33,791 nucleotides of DNA from Candidatus Coatesbacteria bacterium (GCA_016927185.1 JAFGND010000091.1:1-33791), one strand, 5' to 3'; counted from the stretch's first letter, positions 17,524-28,632 are shown. A program made the numbers and translations. Notes: a model not told the origin generated them from the sequence alone.

Positions 17524-20500
17524 ATGGAATTTTTATTCAATCTAGTCAAGGGAAGATATCAAGTTCAGAGAATCTGGAGAAAAGGTTACGCTTTTAATTC
17601 ATATATTGCACTGGATCATAATTCAACTCCACAAAAATCTGTATTGCTGAATGTATCAGTATCAAGCAAATCTAAAAGAGATTCAAGAGAAAGGGATTTC
17701 CTATACAAGAGCTTCAGGCTGACAAATGATAAATTGCTTAAGGTACTTGATTTTGGTTATATACCGAATGAGGCAAGAGATTTTTTCATACAAGATTTTG
17801 AGACAATAAGCTCGGCAACTTTCCTTACTTTCCCCTTGCAATATGATATGATATCAAAAATAGCAGAGGATTTTTTTGAAATCCTTGATTTTCTTCATGC
17901 CAATGGATTATCACTAGGCCCTTTTGATCCAAGCCAATTTGTTTTGCATGAATCAAACAAATTCCTTCTCAGAACATGGATTATTGATGATTCGCTTGCT
18001 GCAAAGCATTCTGATTACAGGTGCATCGCACTCTGGATACTATTGTTTCTGGGGATTCCTTTTCCCTCGAATTTCTGGCAGTTATTGAAGGACAGGTTTC
18101 CGATAGGCAGTGAAATAAGCCTCTGGTTCAGAAGCAGTTTTTACAGGGATATTGATAATGATATGATAAATCCAGTGATGACAATGCTGCATGATGGAAA
18201 AAAGCATGAGAGAATAATTTCAACTGGTAAATTCCACAAGGAAAATAGCAGGGATAAATCCTTGATAAGCAGATTGAGATTTAATCCTGATGATATACCA
18301 TTAATATCACCTTTCTTTTTCATGAGGGAGCTCAAAAGAGATTTTTATCCTCAGATCAGCTGGTTGCAACTGGAACTGGCAGAAAGCGACAAGAACTTTC
18401 TTTTCTTTGACTTCAATGGTTCGATAGCTGACTGGAAACAGCTTGGAATAAACCATTCCTGTGAAACAAATCCTCTTGCCAGTCTTGATTTCAGCTATGT
18501 CCATACAAGAGAAAAAGCTGAAAATGAAAGGATCAATTTCATAAGGAATAGCCAGAAGGAATTTATTGAAAAGATATCATCAGATGGCGGATTGATAATA
18601 ATCAGGAATTTCCTTTCTTCATCTGAAATAGTTTATGACATTTTATGCAGTTTTTTTTGCTCCAAAGAAGCTGCCCTGTATAAAATCCTGTTCGTAGAGA
18701 AACTTGATTCAGATTTCAAAATTAGAAGACTGGAACAATTCATAGAAATAACTATGTGTATGCTTGACCAGCGAAATATATCTCTTTTCAATTTTGCAGA
18801 CAGAAGCTGGAACGATATAAAAGGGGAATTCCTATATCTGTCCATGAAATTGAAAGATAATCTCTCGGCAGCGGACAGGAAAAGGATAAGCAAGGCATCA
18901 CTGAAAGAATTACCTGAAGTTGTATCCAGAATGTTCATTCTTATCAATCTGGGTATGAATGTTGTCAAACAGGAACTTCTTGAAAGGATACTGGATACTA
19001 AAATTGAACAATTAATCAAACAAACTGGAAAATATATAGATATTGTGTTGATACCTGATGAAAAGTATGTAATCTTGTTTTTAACAGGGGGAACAGGCGT
19101 AAAATCAATAAATGACAGAGGATTCATACGACATCTCAAGAGAATAATGGAAAGCGAGAAATCAATTGATTCTCTTGCTCAAATAAGCGCGAGATTATTT
19201 ACAAGAAACTATCAGGGAAATGAATCAGTCGTTCTGGATAATCTAATGAAGATTTACCAGATTGAAGAAGCGATAGAAGTATTGAGTATTAGCCTAAGTA
19301 GAAAAGCAAGAGGCGAAAAATTATATCCAGCAATTCTTCTTTATATTATCAAGCTGAAGTATCTTAATAACCTGAAATGGGACAAAGACATCAATAGAAT
19401 AGCTGAAGCAAGCCTGGCAGATCTTGAAGGAGTTGAAAGAGCAGAAATGTGCTTGTTTTATGCACTTTCATATGAAAAACAGAAGAATTTCAGGAAGGCA
19501 AGAAAGCTGCTCTTGAGTCATTACAAAAAGGATAAAGGAAACAGCAGTTTCTATATTGTTCATATAGTAAATTCCTATTTGAAGGAAGGCAAGAAAAAGG
19601 TCTGTGAAAGAATAATCAAACTTCTATTGAAAGACAAGATTGTTGCTGATACTTATATAATGGAATTATATGGATATTTGAAACTCCTGAATGGTCAATC
19701 CAGGGATGCTGAAAAACTGCTTCATGAAGCATTACAGCTGACAAAGTTCGAAAACAATATCTTTCATGAAGGGCTAATAAAAAGACATATAACAACAGTA
19801 TATTTTTATTCCAATCCAGCTTTGTCTCTAAGCAGGATGGAAGAGCATCTGCCTTTTTTCGAGGAAAACAGGTTATTCCAGTTTCAGTATGCCACTTTAG
19901 TTAATCAGGCGATAATCTATAATAATATAGGTAAATACAGCTTGTCACTGGATTATTACAACAAGGCAAATTCACTTCTCAAGTACATAAAAGAAGGTCT
20001 GGAAAAGGCAATTTATTACATTAATGCATCAAACACGTTTCATAATCTGGGAGAAATGCAACTAGCTCTTGGTTGCCTTCACAGAGCTGAAGAATACTTG
20101 AGATTCAAGAAAAAATGGCAGGTCTTGCAGATAATTTATAATAATCTTGGTTTCACTTATCTAAGCCTTGGTGAAGTGAATTTAAGTATAGAATATTTTT
20201 CAAGAGGTCTCAGGGAGGAAAAGAAGGTTCATAATCCAAGATATCGAATAATAATTCTTGAGAATCTTGCAGATATCTATTCCAGAAGGGGTGAATTCAG
20301 AAGAGCTATTAAAGTGCTAAAGGCAATACAGGACTATATTTCATCAAGGCATATAACTCTTAAGGAAAAAGGCATTCTGTATAATATAAAGGGAATTCTG
20401 CAGGAAAGCATAGGAGCTACTGATAATGCATTGAATCTTTTCAAGAAATCCTTTGAATTGCTGAAAGGCATTCAGATGGAAAGTGAAGCGTTCGAGGCAT

Positions 20501-22728
20501 ATTCATCATATCAGAATATAATGATTGAGAAAGGTGATTTCAAAGAAATAGATGAGTGGTTCAGTAAAAATGAAACTCCAGTATCCCCCTTGTTATTCAT
20601 GCAATATAAATTGTTAGAAGCAAATTATCTGCTGGCAAAAGGTAAGACAGCCGTAGCTAATGAGATAATAAGAGAATTGAAAGCTTTATTTGAAAAACTG
20701 CCACATTCCTTCATGTATTCAGAATATCTGGAAATTCTTGTAAGGACAAAGATTGTTCTGGAGAAAGATTACCAGGGTCTGCTTGGAATAATAAATAGCG
20801 CATTGACTCATTCTGCAAAAACAGGCAATAAATTAATGGAGCTTCACTGGCTTCTTAGAAAAGTGAATATTCAAAGGACATTTGGTTTTTATACGCTGGC
20901 ATGGAAGACTATTAATGAAGCAAAGGCATGTAACGAGAATTTATACAATTCGCTTCCAGACGATTTCAAGGAAATATGGGGTAAAAGGAGAGATTCCCTT
21001 TTCCTTCACAAAGAGCTTATTGAAATGAGTTTCAAAGACTTTAATGCATTATCTCATCTGCCTGATGATTTCATAATTCCAAAACGAGCTCTTCCAGATG
21101 ATTTTGCTGAGGAAATTGTAAAACGAGAGATTTCAAGCAATGTCTTATATATAAATGAAATAGTGGAAGTGTTGAAAAAGCCCCTGGAAGAATATGTTAT
21201 AAGTTTCAACAAATTCCTGACCGATAGTTTTTCTATTGAAGGTAATTCCATCTTGATATATGATAATGCGGGAAATATCCTGTATAAAAGCGAAATTAGT
21301 AACGTACCGGCATATAGCATTATTAAAAAAATACCAGAGGGTGTTTTTTACATGATTGAGATTGCATCAAGAATTTTCCTTTCTTACAAGGAGAAATTGG
21401 CTTCTGATGAAACTTTCCTGTGGATTTCCTCTGATATAGAGAGAGTTGAAGAATACAAGAAGGACATAGAGATATTTCTGAAGATATTCATGGAATTCTA
21501 TTTTGCAAAAAGAGAGAAGCAAATCCTTAAAAACAAGGAGAGGCATCTTGATTATTTCCAGAATACTTTAGACAAGATTGATTATATATCAAGAGAATCC
21601 TTGTTGAACTTCATTCTACCAAATATTTACGATTCATTCAAGGCAGAAGGCGTTATATTTTATGTAAAAACAGCACATTTATTCAAGGAAGAAGCATCAG
21701 TTGGTTCTAAAGTATCATTACCCGAAAAATATTTGCAGAACATAAAGACTGAAACATCTATCATGAATGATGATAAGAAATGGTATATATTGATTCCTAT
21801 TCTTTACAAGGAGGAAATTTCCGGAATTCTTGCTGTTATATGCTCTGAAAAAGTATCTGAAAATGAGTATGGATCTTATATAAGATATATACGTTACTGG
21901 CTGAATTCCATTATTAACATAAGGAATAGTGAAGAAGATTATAAATATGTGAAAAGCATACTTGCTGAAGAAGTAAGACTCAAAAATGAATTTGTTGCAG
22001 TAGCTTCTCATGAGCTGAGAACTCCGCTTGTTTTGATTCAGGGTTATATTGAGCTTCTTGAACAGAATCTGCTTGGAGAATTGAACAACGAACAAAAAGA
22101 TGCTCTCAAGATTATGCATGATAATACAAAGCGTTTGCTTCATCTGGCTGATGAGATAATAACGTTATCGAAAGTCGGAAAAGTTGAATTTTCATTATCT
22201 CCAAGACAGATTCAGATAGACGACTTTTTCAATGATATACAAAATCTTGTATTACCAACTTTACAAAACAGGAATATAAGTTTTTCTTATGAAAGAGAAG
22301 GAAGCATAGAAATGATTCTTGCAGATGAAGCAAGATTGCACCAGGCAGCAGTAAATATATTGAATAATGCAATTAAATATACACCTGATGGGGGACAGAT
22401 TTTAATAAGAGTTTCTTCCCCAAATCCAGCATATGTAATTATTTCTATATCAGACAGTGGCATTGGTATTCCCAGGGAAGAGCAGGAAAGGGTTTTTTCT
22501 CCATTCTACAAAATAGAGAAGAACAAATATTATGGAATTTCTGAAGTTGACAACAGCGGTGGAGGATTGGGACTTGCCATTACCAAGAATATAATTGAAG
22601 CTCATGGAGGAAGAATCTGGCTGGAATCAGAAGTAGGAAAGGGAACTACTTTTTATTTTTTGCTACCCAAAAAACTGACAGCTGATTTTCGTGGAGTCTG
22701 GGAAATGGAGAAAAGAAAAATTGAATAA
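17524..22728 (+). CDS. Giant cytoplasmic sensor histidine kinase: degenerate Ser/Thr-kinase-like N-terminus, TPR array, GAF-like region(s), HisKA-HATPase_c
   Basis: H-box ASHELRTPL, N-box NILNNAIKYT, DSGIGI, GGGLGLAI, GKGTTF; TPRs (YNNLGFTYLSLGE); GRYQVQRIWRKG…YIALD and LDFLHANG at the N-terminus. Start is ATG 17524 or TTG 17512. Confidence 0.88.
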   Translation: MEFLFNLVKGRYQVQRIWRKGYAFNSYIALDHNSTPQKSVLLNVSVSSKSKRDSRERDFLYKSFRLTNDKLLKVLDFGYIPNEARDFFIQDFETISSATFLTFPLQYDMISKIAEDFFEILDFLHANGLSLGPFDPSQFVLHESNKFLLRTWIIDDSLAAKHSDYRCIALWILLFLGIPFPSNFWQLLKDRFPIGSEISLWFRSSFYRDIDNDMINPVMTMLHDGKKHERIISTGKFHKENSRDKSLISRLRFNPDDIPLISPFFFMRELKRDFYPQISWLQLELAESDKNFLFFDFNGSIADWKQLGINHSCETNPLASLDFSYVHTREKAENERINFIRNSQKEFIEKISSDGGLIIIRNFLSSSEIVYDILCSFFCSKEAALYKILFVEKLDSDFKIRRLEQFIEITMCMLDQRNISLFNFADRSWNDIKGEFLYLSMKLKDNLSAADRKRISKASLKELPEVVSRMFILINLGMNVVKQELLERILDTKIEQLIKQTGKYIDIVLIPDEKYVILFLTGGTGVKSINDRGFIRHLKRIMESEKSIDSLAQISARLFTRNYQGNESVVLDNLMKIYQIEEAIEVLSISLSRKARGEKLYPAILLYIIKLKYLNNLKWDKDINRIAEASLADLEGVERAEMCLFYALSYEKQKNFRKARKLLLSHYKKDKGNSSFYIVHIVNSYLKEGKKKVCERIIKLLLKDKIVADTYIMELYGYLKLLNGQSRDAEKLLHEALQLTKFENNIFHEGLIKRHITTVYFYSNPALSLSRMEEHLPFFEENRLFQFQYATLVNQAIIYNNIGKYSLSLDYYNKANSLLKYIKEGLEKAIYYINASNTFHNLGEMQLALGCLHRAEEYLRFKKKWQVLQIIYNNLGFTYLSLGEVNLSIEYFSRGLREEKKVHNPRYRIIILENLADIYSRRGEFRRAIKVLKAIQDYISSRHITLKEKGILYNIKGILQESIGATDNALNLFKKSFELLKGIQMESEAFEAYSSYQNIMIEKGDFKEIDEWFSKNETPVSPLLFMQYKLLEANYLLAKGKTAVANEIIRELKALFEKLPHSFMYSEYLEILVRTKIVLEKDYQGLLGIINSALTHSAKTGNKLMELHWLLRKVNIQRTFGFYTLAWKTINEAKACNENLYNSLPDDFKEIWGKRRDSLFLHKELIEMSFKDFNALSHLPDDFIIPKRALPDDFAEEIVKREISSNVLYINEIVEVLKKPLEEYVISFNKFLTDSFSIEGNSILIYDNAGNILYKSEISNVPAYSIIKKIPEGVFYMIEIASRIFLSYKEKLASDETFLWISSDIERVEEYKKDIEIFLKIFMEFYFAKREKQILKNKERHLDYFQNTLDKIDYISRESLLNFILPNIYDSFKAEGVIFYVKTAHLFKEEASVGSKVSLPEKYLQNIKTETSIMNDDKKWYILIPILYKEEISGILAVICSEKVSENEYGSYIRYIRYWLNSIINIRNSEEDYKYVKSILAEEVRLKNEFVAVASHELRTPLVLIQGYIELLEQNLLGELNNEQKDALKIMHDNTKRLLHLADEIITLSKVGKVEFSLSPRQIQIDDFFNDIQNLVLPTLQNRNISFSYEREGSIEMILADEARLHQAAVNILNNAIKYTPDGGQILIRVSSPNPAYVIISISDSGIGIPREEQERVFSPFYKIEKNKYYGISEVDNSGGGLGLAITKNIIEAHGGRIWLESEVGKGTTFYFLLPKKLTADFRGVWEMEKRKIE

Positions 22729-24430
22729 ATGGCAACTTGCAAGAAAAAATCCGGCATATCTTAAATTGACTGATGACTTGAAGATAACAAGACTGGCTGC
22801 GAGAATTCTCTCAAACAGAGGCTTGAATGACATAGATATGGTGAAGAAGTTTCTGAATCCTGATCTTGATGAAACAAATGATCCATTTATATTGCCAGAT
22901 ATGGAAAAAGCGGTAGCAAGAATTATTCAGGAAAAAGGAACAGGAAAACCGGTCGGGATATTTGGGGATTATGACGTTGATGGACTTGTTTCTATAACAA
23001 TACTGAAGATGTTCCTGAGTAATATTGGAATTGAATCCTTGTTTTATATCCCGAACAGATTCAATGAAGGTTATGGATTATCAAGAGAGGGAATTGATTA
23101 CTTTGTTAAAAATAATGTATCATTGCTTATTACAGTTGACTGCGGTGCTACAGCTCATCGGGAGGTAGATTATGCAAAGTCCCGGAATATGGATGTAATA
23201 GTAACTGATCATCATGAACTTGACGACTGTCTTCCTCCTGCCCTTGCCGTAATAGATCCCAAAAGAAAAGACAGCAAATATTCTTTCAGGGAACTTGCAG
23301 GAGTTGGTGTTGTATACAAACTTATACAAGGGATAGCAAGGAATATGGAGCTTGGACTGAATGACGATGAATTCCTTGAATTTGTTGCTGTTGGGACAAT
23401 TGCAGATATAGTACCTATAATAGATGAGAACAGGATATTTGTCAAATATGGCTTGAACAGGCTTAACAAACTTGAAAATGTTGGTTTGAAGACCTTGATT
23501 AGCTCAACCGGACTTCTGCATAAAAAACTTGATACCATGCAGATTAGCTTTATACTGGCACCAAGGATAAATGCTTGCGGAAGACTTGGTCATGCCTATC
23601 CCGTGCTGGATCTTTTCTTTACAAGAAATGAAGAGGAAGCAATGCTTGTCGCAGAGAAATTGAATCTGGACAATCAAAAAAGGAAAGAAATAGAGAATTA
23701 TATTCTGGCAGAAGCAATAGAGCAGATAAAGAAGATGAAAACTCCCTCCAAAGGGCTTATTGTATCTCAAGAAAACTGGCATAGAGGAGTTATAGGTCTT
23801 GTGGCATCAAAGCTTGTTGAGATGTACAGAAAACCGGCAATTGTTATAAGCATAGAGAATGATATTGCATATGGAAGCGGCAGAAGCTATGGTAATTTCA
23901 ATATTTATTCTGCATTGAAGGAATGCTTTCCTCATTTGATATCTTATGGAGGACATAAATATGCAGTTGGATTATCCTTGAAAACCAATACAATAGAGAA
24001 TTTTAAGAAATCCTTTCTTTCAATTTTGAACAAGGAACTTGTGGTAGATCAGGAAGAAGAGAACATTATAATAGATGAAGAGATATCATTCAATCAGATT
24101 TCACAGAATTTGCTGTTATTTCTTTCGCAGCTTTCACCTTTTGGGGTAGGGAATCCCAAACCGATTTTTTTAACAAGGGGAGTGGAGGTCGTTGCTCCAG
24201 TCAGTATAAATTCCAGGCATCATATGCAGATAAGGATGAGAGAATCAAATACTCTGGTAAATGCAACATGCTATAAATTGAAGAACAAGATAGATATAAT
24301 TCCAAACAAGTATTATGATATATTGTATAATATTGATTTTCAGGAGAAGAAAGGCAAATTCAATTATCAGCTCAATCTGATAGAGGTGCATCAGAACCTT
24401 GAACTGAGACCTGATGATATATGGGAATAA
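22721..24430 (+). CDS. recJ: Single-stranded-DNA-specific exonuclease RecJ
   Basis: GDYDVDG, YIPNRFNEGYG, TVDCG, TDHH, APRINACGRL, GSGRS, GGH, PFGVGNPKP; probable TTG start at 22721 after GGAG. Confidence 0.96.
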   Translation: MNKWQLARKNPAYLKLTDDLKITRLAARILSNRGLNDIDMVKKFLNPDLDETNDPFILPDMEKAVARIIQEKGTGKPVGIFGDYDVDGLVSITILKMFLSNIGIESLFYIPNRFNEGYGLSREGIDYFVKNNVSLLITVDCGATAHREVDYAKSRNMDVIVTDHHELDDCLPPALAVIDPKRKDSKYSFRELAGVGVVYKLIQGIARNMELGLNDDEFLEFVAVGTIADIVPIIDENRIFVKYGLNRLNKLENVGLKTLISSTGLLHKKLDTMQISFILAPRINACGRLGHAYPVLDLFFTRNEEEAMLVAEKLNLDNQKRKEIENYILAEAIEQIKKMKTPSKGLIVSQENWHRGVIGLVASKLVEMYRKPAIVISIENDIAYGSGRSYGNFNIYSALKECFPHLISYGGHKYAVGLSLKTNTIENFKKSFLSILNKELVVDQEEENIIIDEEISFNQISQNLLLFLSQLSPFGVGNPKPIFLTRGVEVVAPVSINSRHHMQIRMRESNTLVNATCYKLKNKIDIIPNKYYDILYNIDFQEKKGKFNYQLNLIEVHQNLELRPDDIWE

Positions 24431-26310
24431 TAATTGGCACTGCAGGTCACATAGATCACGGGAAAACAGCTCTTGTAAAGGCATTGACAGGATACGAAAC
24501 TGACAGACTTGCCGAGGAAAAGGAAAGAGGAATTACAATTGATATTGGATTCGCTTTCTGGAATACAAAAATAGGTGAAATTGCAATTATTGATGTTCCC
24601 GGTCATGAGAAATTCATAAGAAACATGGTTGCAGGAATTACAGGGGTGGACTGGGTTCTCATGACAATAGCAGCAGATGAAGGGATAATGCCACAGACAC
24701 TGGAACATCTTGATATAATAGAATTACTGGGGATTAAAGGCGGGATTATAGCTCTTACCAAATCTGATCTGGTTGAACCTGAATGGATAGAGCTTATAAA
24801 GGATGATATAAAAAATCGATTCAGAGGTACATGTCTGGAGAACCAGCCTGTAATTCCTGTATCCAGCTTGACTGGTGAGGGACTGGAAGAGCTTAGAGAG
24901 GCAATTGAAAACCAGCTCTCCTTCCTCAAGAAGAGGATTTTCAGTAAACAGGTAAGACTTCATATAGACAGGGAATTCATAATGGAAGGTTATGGGCAGG
25001 TTATAACCGGAACACTGATTAGCGGCACAGTCAGAAAAGGTAACATATTGTCATTGATCCCCGGGGATCAGAAGGTGAGGGTGAGAGGCATTCAGCACAG
25101 GAATAAAAGCGTGGATGAGATTTCTGCTGTTGAAAGGACATCCTTGAATCTCACTTCAGAAAGAAAACTCAAAATCCAGAGAGGATCAATTATTTCAAGT
25201 GAGAACTGGCTGACAGAAACAAGAAAGATGGCAGTAGAGATAAAAGTCCTGAAAACTGAAAAAGCTTCAATAAGACATCTACAGCGCGTCAGGATACATA
25301 TCGGGACAGCTGAGATAATAGCAAGGTTGAGGCTTGTTGAAAGCAAGGAGATAGCACCTGGCGGAAAGGGTCTTGCTTATCTGATGCTTGAGGAACTGAC
25401 TGCAGCTATTGGTGGAGACAGGTTTATAGTAAGATTATTCTCACCACTGAGAACCATAGGTGGTGGAACTGTTCTTGATCCCAATCCAAAAGCATTAAGG
25501 AAGAAAATCAGGCTGGATTATTTCAGTTCTCTTTCTGAACGAAATCCGGAAAAATTCATAAATCTTTACTTGTCTGATATTGGAGTAATAAAACAGAAGG
25601 ACATTAGAAGGTCCTTACTTATAATAACTGAAGAAGAATTGCAGAAAGCCTTGGATAAAATGATAGAGGATAGCAGGATTATCACAATAATGCTTGAAGA
25701 TTCTTCAAAAGCTTACATTTCTGCAGCATTTATCAAGGAAACCGTTTCCTTGATAAATGAAGCTCTAGCTAAAAGGAGCGAAATAAATCCACTTAATCCT
25801 GAAATTTCGAGGAAAGAGCTTTCTGATTTAATAAAGATTGATTTGGAAATCCTCTCTGCAATATTAAATCTTCGCAAGGAGAATTATATTGTTTCTGATG
25901 GCTTTATCAAGCTTCTATCAAGCACAACAGCAATTGATGAAAACCAGGAAGGTATAATAAATGAAGTTTTGAAGATTTTTCAGGAAAGAGGATTATCAAC
26001 CCCACTTGTTTCCGAACTTGAGGAAAAATATCCAGATATAAACAATATCTTAAAATATCTCGTTAAAAAGAATCTTCTGATCAAGATATCATCCAGCTAC
26101 TTCATTACTGATGAAGTATTCGAAAAGACACAGAAAGATATAATCAGACTTCTTAATGAAAAACCGAGAACGTTAAGTGAACTGAAAGAATTCTTCAATA
26201 TTACGCGAAAATACTTGCTTCCATTGATTGAGTTTTTTGATATGAAGGGAATAACAAAGCGAGACGGTGATTTAAGGATAAAAGGTAGATCTTTTGATAA
26301 GTATTCATGA
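24421..26310 (+). CDS. selB: Selenocysteine-specific translation elongation factor
   Basis: [53 protein letters not shown]-terminal winged-helix [13 protein letters not shown]…KRDGDLR. Confidence 0.96.
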   Translation: MGIIIGTAGHIDHGKTALVKALTGYETDRLAEEKERGITIDIGFAFWNTKIGEIAIIDVPGHEKFIRNMVAGITGVDWVLMTIAADEGIMPQTLEHLDIIELLGIKGGIIALTKSDLVEPEWIELIKDDIKNRFRGTCLENQPVIPVSSLTGEGLEELREAIENQLSFLKKRIFSKQVRLHIDREFIMEGYGQVITGTLISGTVRKGNILSLIPGDQKVRVRGIQHRNKSVDEISAVERTSLNLTSERKLKIQRGSIISSENWLTETRKMAVEIKVLKTEKASIRHLQRVRIHIGTAEIIARLRLVESKEIAPGGKGLAYLMLEELTAAIGGDRFIVRLFSPLRTIGGGTVLDPNPKALRKKIRLDYFSSLSERNPEKFINLYLSDIGVIKQKDIRRSLLIITEEELQKALDKMIEDSRIITIMLEDSSKAYISAAFIKETVSLINEALAKRSEINPLNPEISRKELSDLIKIDLEILSAILNLRKENYIVSDGFIKLLSSTTAIDENQEGIINEVLKIFQERGLSTPLVSELEEKYPDINNILKYLVKKNLLIKISSSYFITDEVFEKTQKDIIRLLNEKPRTLSELKEFFNITRKYLLPLIEFFDMKGITKRDGDLRIKGRSFDKYS

Positions 26311-26332
26311 TTTTTTTCAAATCAAGTAAGAT

Positions 26333-26968
26333 TTGTCATATTGGGCTTTCCTGGCAGAAGGATTCACTCTTGGTATTTCCCTTGGAATGACTTGTCTCGC
26401 TACATGCGGTCCAGTTTATCTCCCTTACATAATGAGTTCAAGGAATGAGGCTGCAAAATCCTTGTTAATTGTCCTGTATATAACACTTGGCAGATTTGTC
26501 TCATATCTTTTCTTCGGGCTTATAGCAGGCATAATCGGTAAGCATATATCTGAGATTTCAAGAACATCATTCACTTCAATTGCATATATAGGGCTTTCAT
26601 TACTCCTTATATATCAGGCAATAATCAAGGGTAGAATCAGGCATGAAAAATGTGAAATAAACAGGTGGCAAAAGGGATTGATGAATCCTTTTCTATTAGG
26701 TGTTCTTACAGGGATAAATTTCTGTCCGGCTTTTCTTATAGCTCTCACGAGATTATTTTACATCTCTGGAATAATTGGCAGTGTCTTGCTGTTTTTATGA
26801 TTTTTTCTGGGAACATCTCTTTTCATAATCCCTCTTTCACTTGGTGGATTGTTTACAAAGTGGGATAAAATGAGAGAAATTGCAAGAATTGTTGCAATTT
26901 TTATTGGAATTTGGTATATTGGTCAGGGATTATGGTTAGTATTAGAGATGATTAAAAAAGTGAAATAA
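26333..26968 (+). CDS. DsbD_2 / TauE-SafE-like membrane protein (211 codons) interrupted by in-frame TGA at codon 156; readthrough or pseudogene
   Basis: TCLATCGP, GRFVSY, LGVLTGINFCP motifs. After TGA 26798-26800 the frame continues FFLGTSLFIIPL…IARIVAIFIGIWYIGQG (two more TM helices) to TAA 26966-26968. Confidence 0.78.
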
Positions 26969-26980
26969 GAGAAATAACTT

Positions 26981-27301
26981 ATGTTAGCAGCTTTATCATT
27001 ATTAGGAGGTTTTATGTTAACAGGCATTGTAATTGTAATTTTTGTCGTGATTATTATGGTTATCATCATTTTCTCATCGAAACCTTCAACCAGAAGCAGC
27101 AATGAGGAAGTGGCAAGTGATGATTCATTTTTTTCAGATAGTTCATCATCATGGGAGGACAGCAGCTCGAATGATTCTTCATCGCTCTTTGGAGATTCTG
27201 GTTCATCTGAATCTTCCATAGAATCAGATGCCGGTTCTTCAGAATCAGGCCTTGGAGGAGATTCAGGAAGCGATAGTTCTACTGCTGAAAAAGAATTTTA
27301 A
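26981..27301 (+). CDS. Small single-pass membrane protein with Ser/Asp-rich low-complexity tail
   Basis: Hydrophobic N-terminus, S/D/G-rich tail, fills the gap up to the terminator. Confidence 0.6.
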   Translation: MLAALSLLGGFMLTGIVIVIFVVIIMVIIIFSSKPSTRSSNEEVASDDSFFSDSSSSWEDSSSNDSSSLFGDSGSSESSIESDAGSSESGLGGDSGSDSSTAEKEF

Positions 27302-27331
27302 AAAAGAATCCTCATTGAATAATGAGGATTC
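27300..27331. terminator. Probable bidirectional terminator between convergent genes
   Basis: GAATCCTCATT-GAAT-AATGAGGATTC perfect 11-bp stem; the A6 run on the left gives a U-tract on the minus strand. Confidence 0.8.
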
Positions 27332-27342
27332 CTGTAAATTGA

Positions 27343-28632
27343 CTATTTGATTTTTATTATCTTTTGTGAGAAGTTTCCGCATTTGACAATATAAACTGCT
27401 GGTAACCAGGTTTTCGTATTTATCTCATTTTTTCCCTTCCTGACTTCTCCGAGTCTCCTTCCCTCTATACTATATATATAACCATCTGAAGGTGAGGTGA
27501 TTGTGAGTCTGTCTTTGAAGGGATTTGGCTTGACAGAAAATTCTTCTTTTGGTATAAATCTTGATGTGATCTTTTTTGAATTGAAGCCTACTCTTCCTGC
27601 CTTAACGCAGTAAATGTATCCATCAAGTGCGCAGAAATAAACATTACCTTTGGCAACGGATGGAGAAGAGAATATCTGGCTTCCTGCATTGAAGGTCCAG
27701 ATTGGTGATCCAGTTACTGTATCAATTGCATATAAATACCCATCATAACCACCTATATAAAGGATATCTTCACTTACGCAACCTGATGAATTGACTTCAG
27801 AGCCTGTCTGGTATTTCCAGTTAAGAGTTGCTGTTTTTGCCCCTACAGAATAAATTCCTCCATTTGCAGATCCAAAGAAAATATTGCCTCCTCCCTGAAC
27901 TGGTGTCGAATATATCCTGCTTCCTGCGTTATATTTCATCTTGATTGAGCCGATTGCTTCATCAAGGAAATATAGATTTCCGTCATCGCAACCAACATAA
28001 ATCATGCCATCATAGATTAAAGGAGAGGAGAATATCAGATAACCTAATTTTGTTTTCCATCTGAGATATCCGCTGTCTCTTTCCAGTGCATAAATATATT
28101 CATCATAGCTTCCGAAAATTACGCATGATGAATTGATAGCTGGTGATGTGAATACTTCCCAGCCTGTCTGATATGACCAGAGCTTGGTTCCATTGACTGT
28201 ACTGAGAGCGTAAAAACTATGATCACTGCTTCCAAAATAAACAGCATTGCTTTTTGCTACTGGAGAAGACCATATCTGACCATTTGTCTTGAAACTCCAC
28301 TGGAGTCTTCCTCTTCCCTTTGTCAGGATATAGAAATATGTGTCATTTGAACCAAAATATACGAAAGTGTCTGAGGTATCTGAAACATATGGTGATGAAT
28401 AAACTGAATCACCAGTTTTATATCTCCAGATGAAGCTTCCTGTCCTGGCATTCAGGGCATATACATATGTGCTGTTTGATCCAAAATATACTCTTGTATC
28501 TGATTGATCAGAGACAGATGGAGAGGAATAGCTTCCTGCCCCTGTTGAATATTTCCATACAAGTTCACCAGCATCAGCGAATATGCATGAAAAAGAAAAA
28601 ATAAGAATGCCTATAATCAGAATTTTACTCAT
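27343..28632 (-). CDS. Secreted PQQ-like beta-propeller protein with short T9SS-type CTD
   Basis: AGGAGG RBS, signal peptide, 8 W-x-Y/F-x-TG…SSP…VYFGS repeats, VKPNPF…IYSIEGR…VYIVK…KIIKIK. Confidence 0.88.
   Translation of the reverse strand: MSKILIIGILIFSFSCIFADAGELVWKYSTGAGSYSSPSVSDQSDTRVYFGSNSTYVYALNARTGSFIWRYKTGDSVYSSPYVSDTSDTFVYFGSNDTYFYILTKGRGRLQWSFKTNGQIWSSPVAKSNAVYFGSSDHSFYALSTVNGTKLWSYQTGWEVFTSPAINSSCVIFGSYDEYIYALERDSGYLRWKTKLGYLIFSSPLIYDGMIYVGCDDGNLYFLDEAIGSIKMKYNAGSRIYSTPVQGGGNIFFGSANGGIYSVGAKTATLNWKYQTGSEVNSSGCVSEDILYIGGYDGYLYAIDTVTGSPIWTFNAGSQIFSSPSVAKGNVYFCALDGYIYCVKAGRVGFNSKKITSRFIPKEEFSVKPNPFKDRLTITSPSDGYIYSIEGRRLGEVRKGKNEINTKTWLPAVYIVKCGNFSQKIIKIK

Noticed and set aside
7284-25346. 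Numerous 60-170 aa ORFs nested antisense to long genes
   Set aside because: Fully contained in well-supported CDSs and lacking domain motifs
26308-26335. Readthrough or frameshift fusion of selB with the downstream gene at TGA-TTTTTTT
   Set aside because: SelB is complete at the stop, and the downstream gene's frame has a TAA at 26327-26329
26923-27219. Minus-strand 98-aa ORF (also plus-strand 26665-26868)
   Set aside because: Shadow or alternate-frame ORFs of better-supported genes
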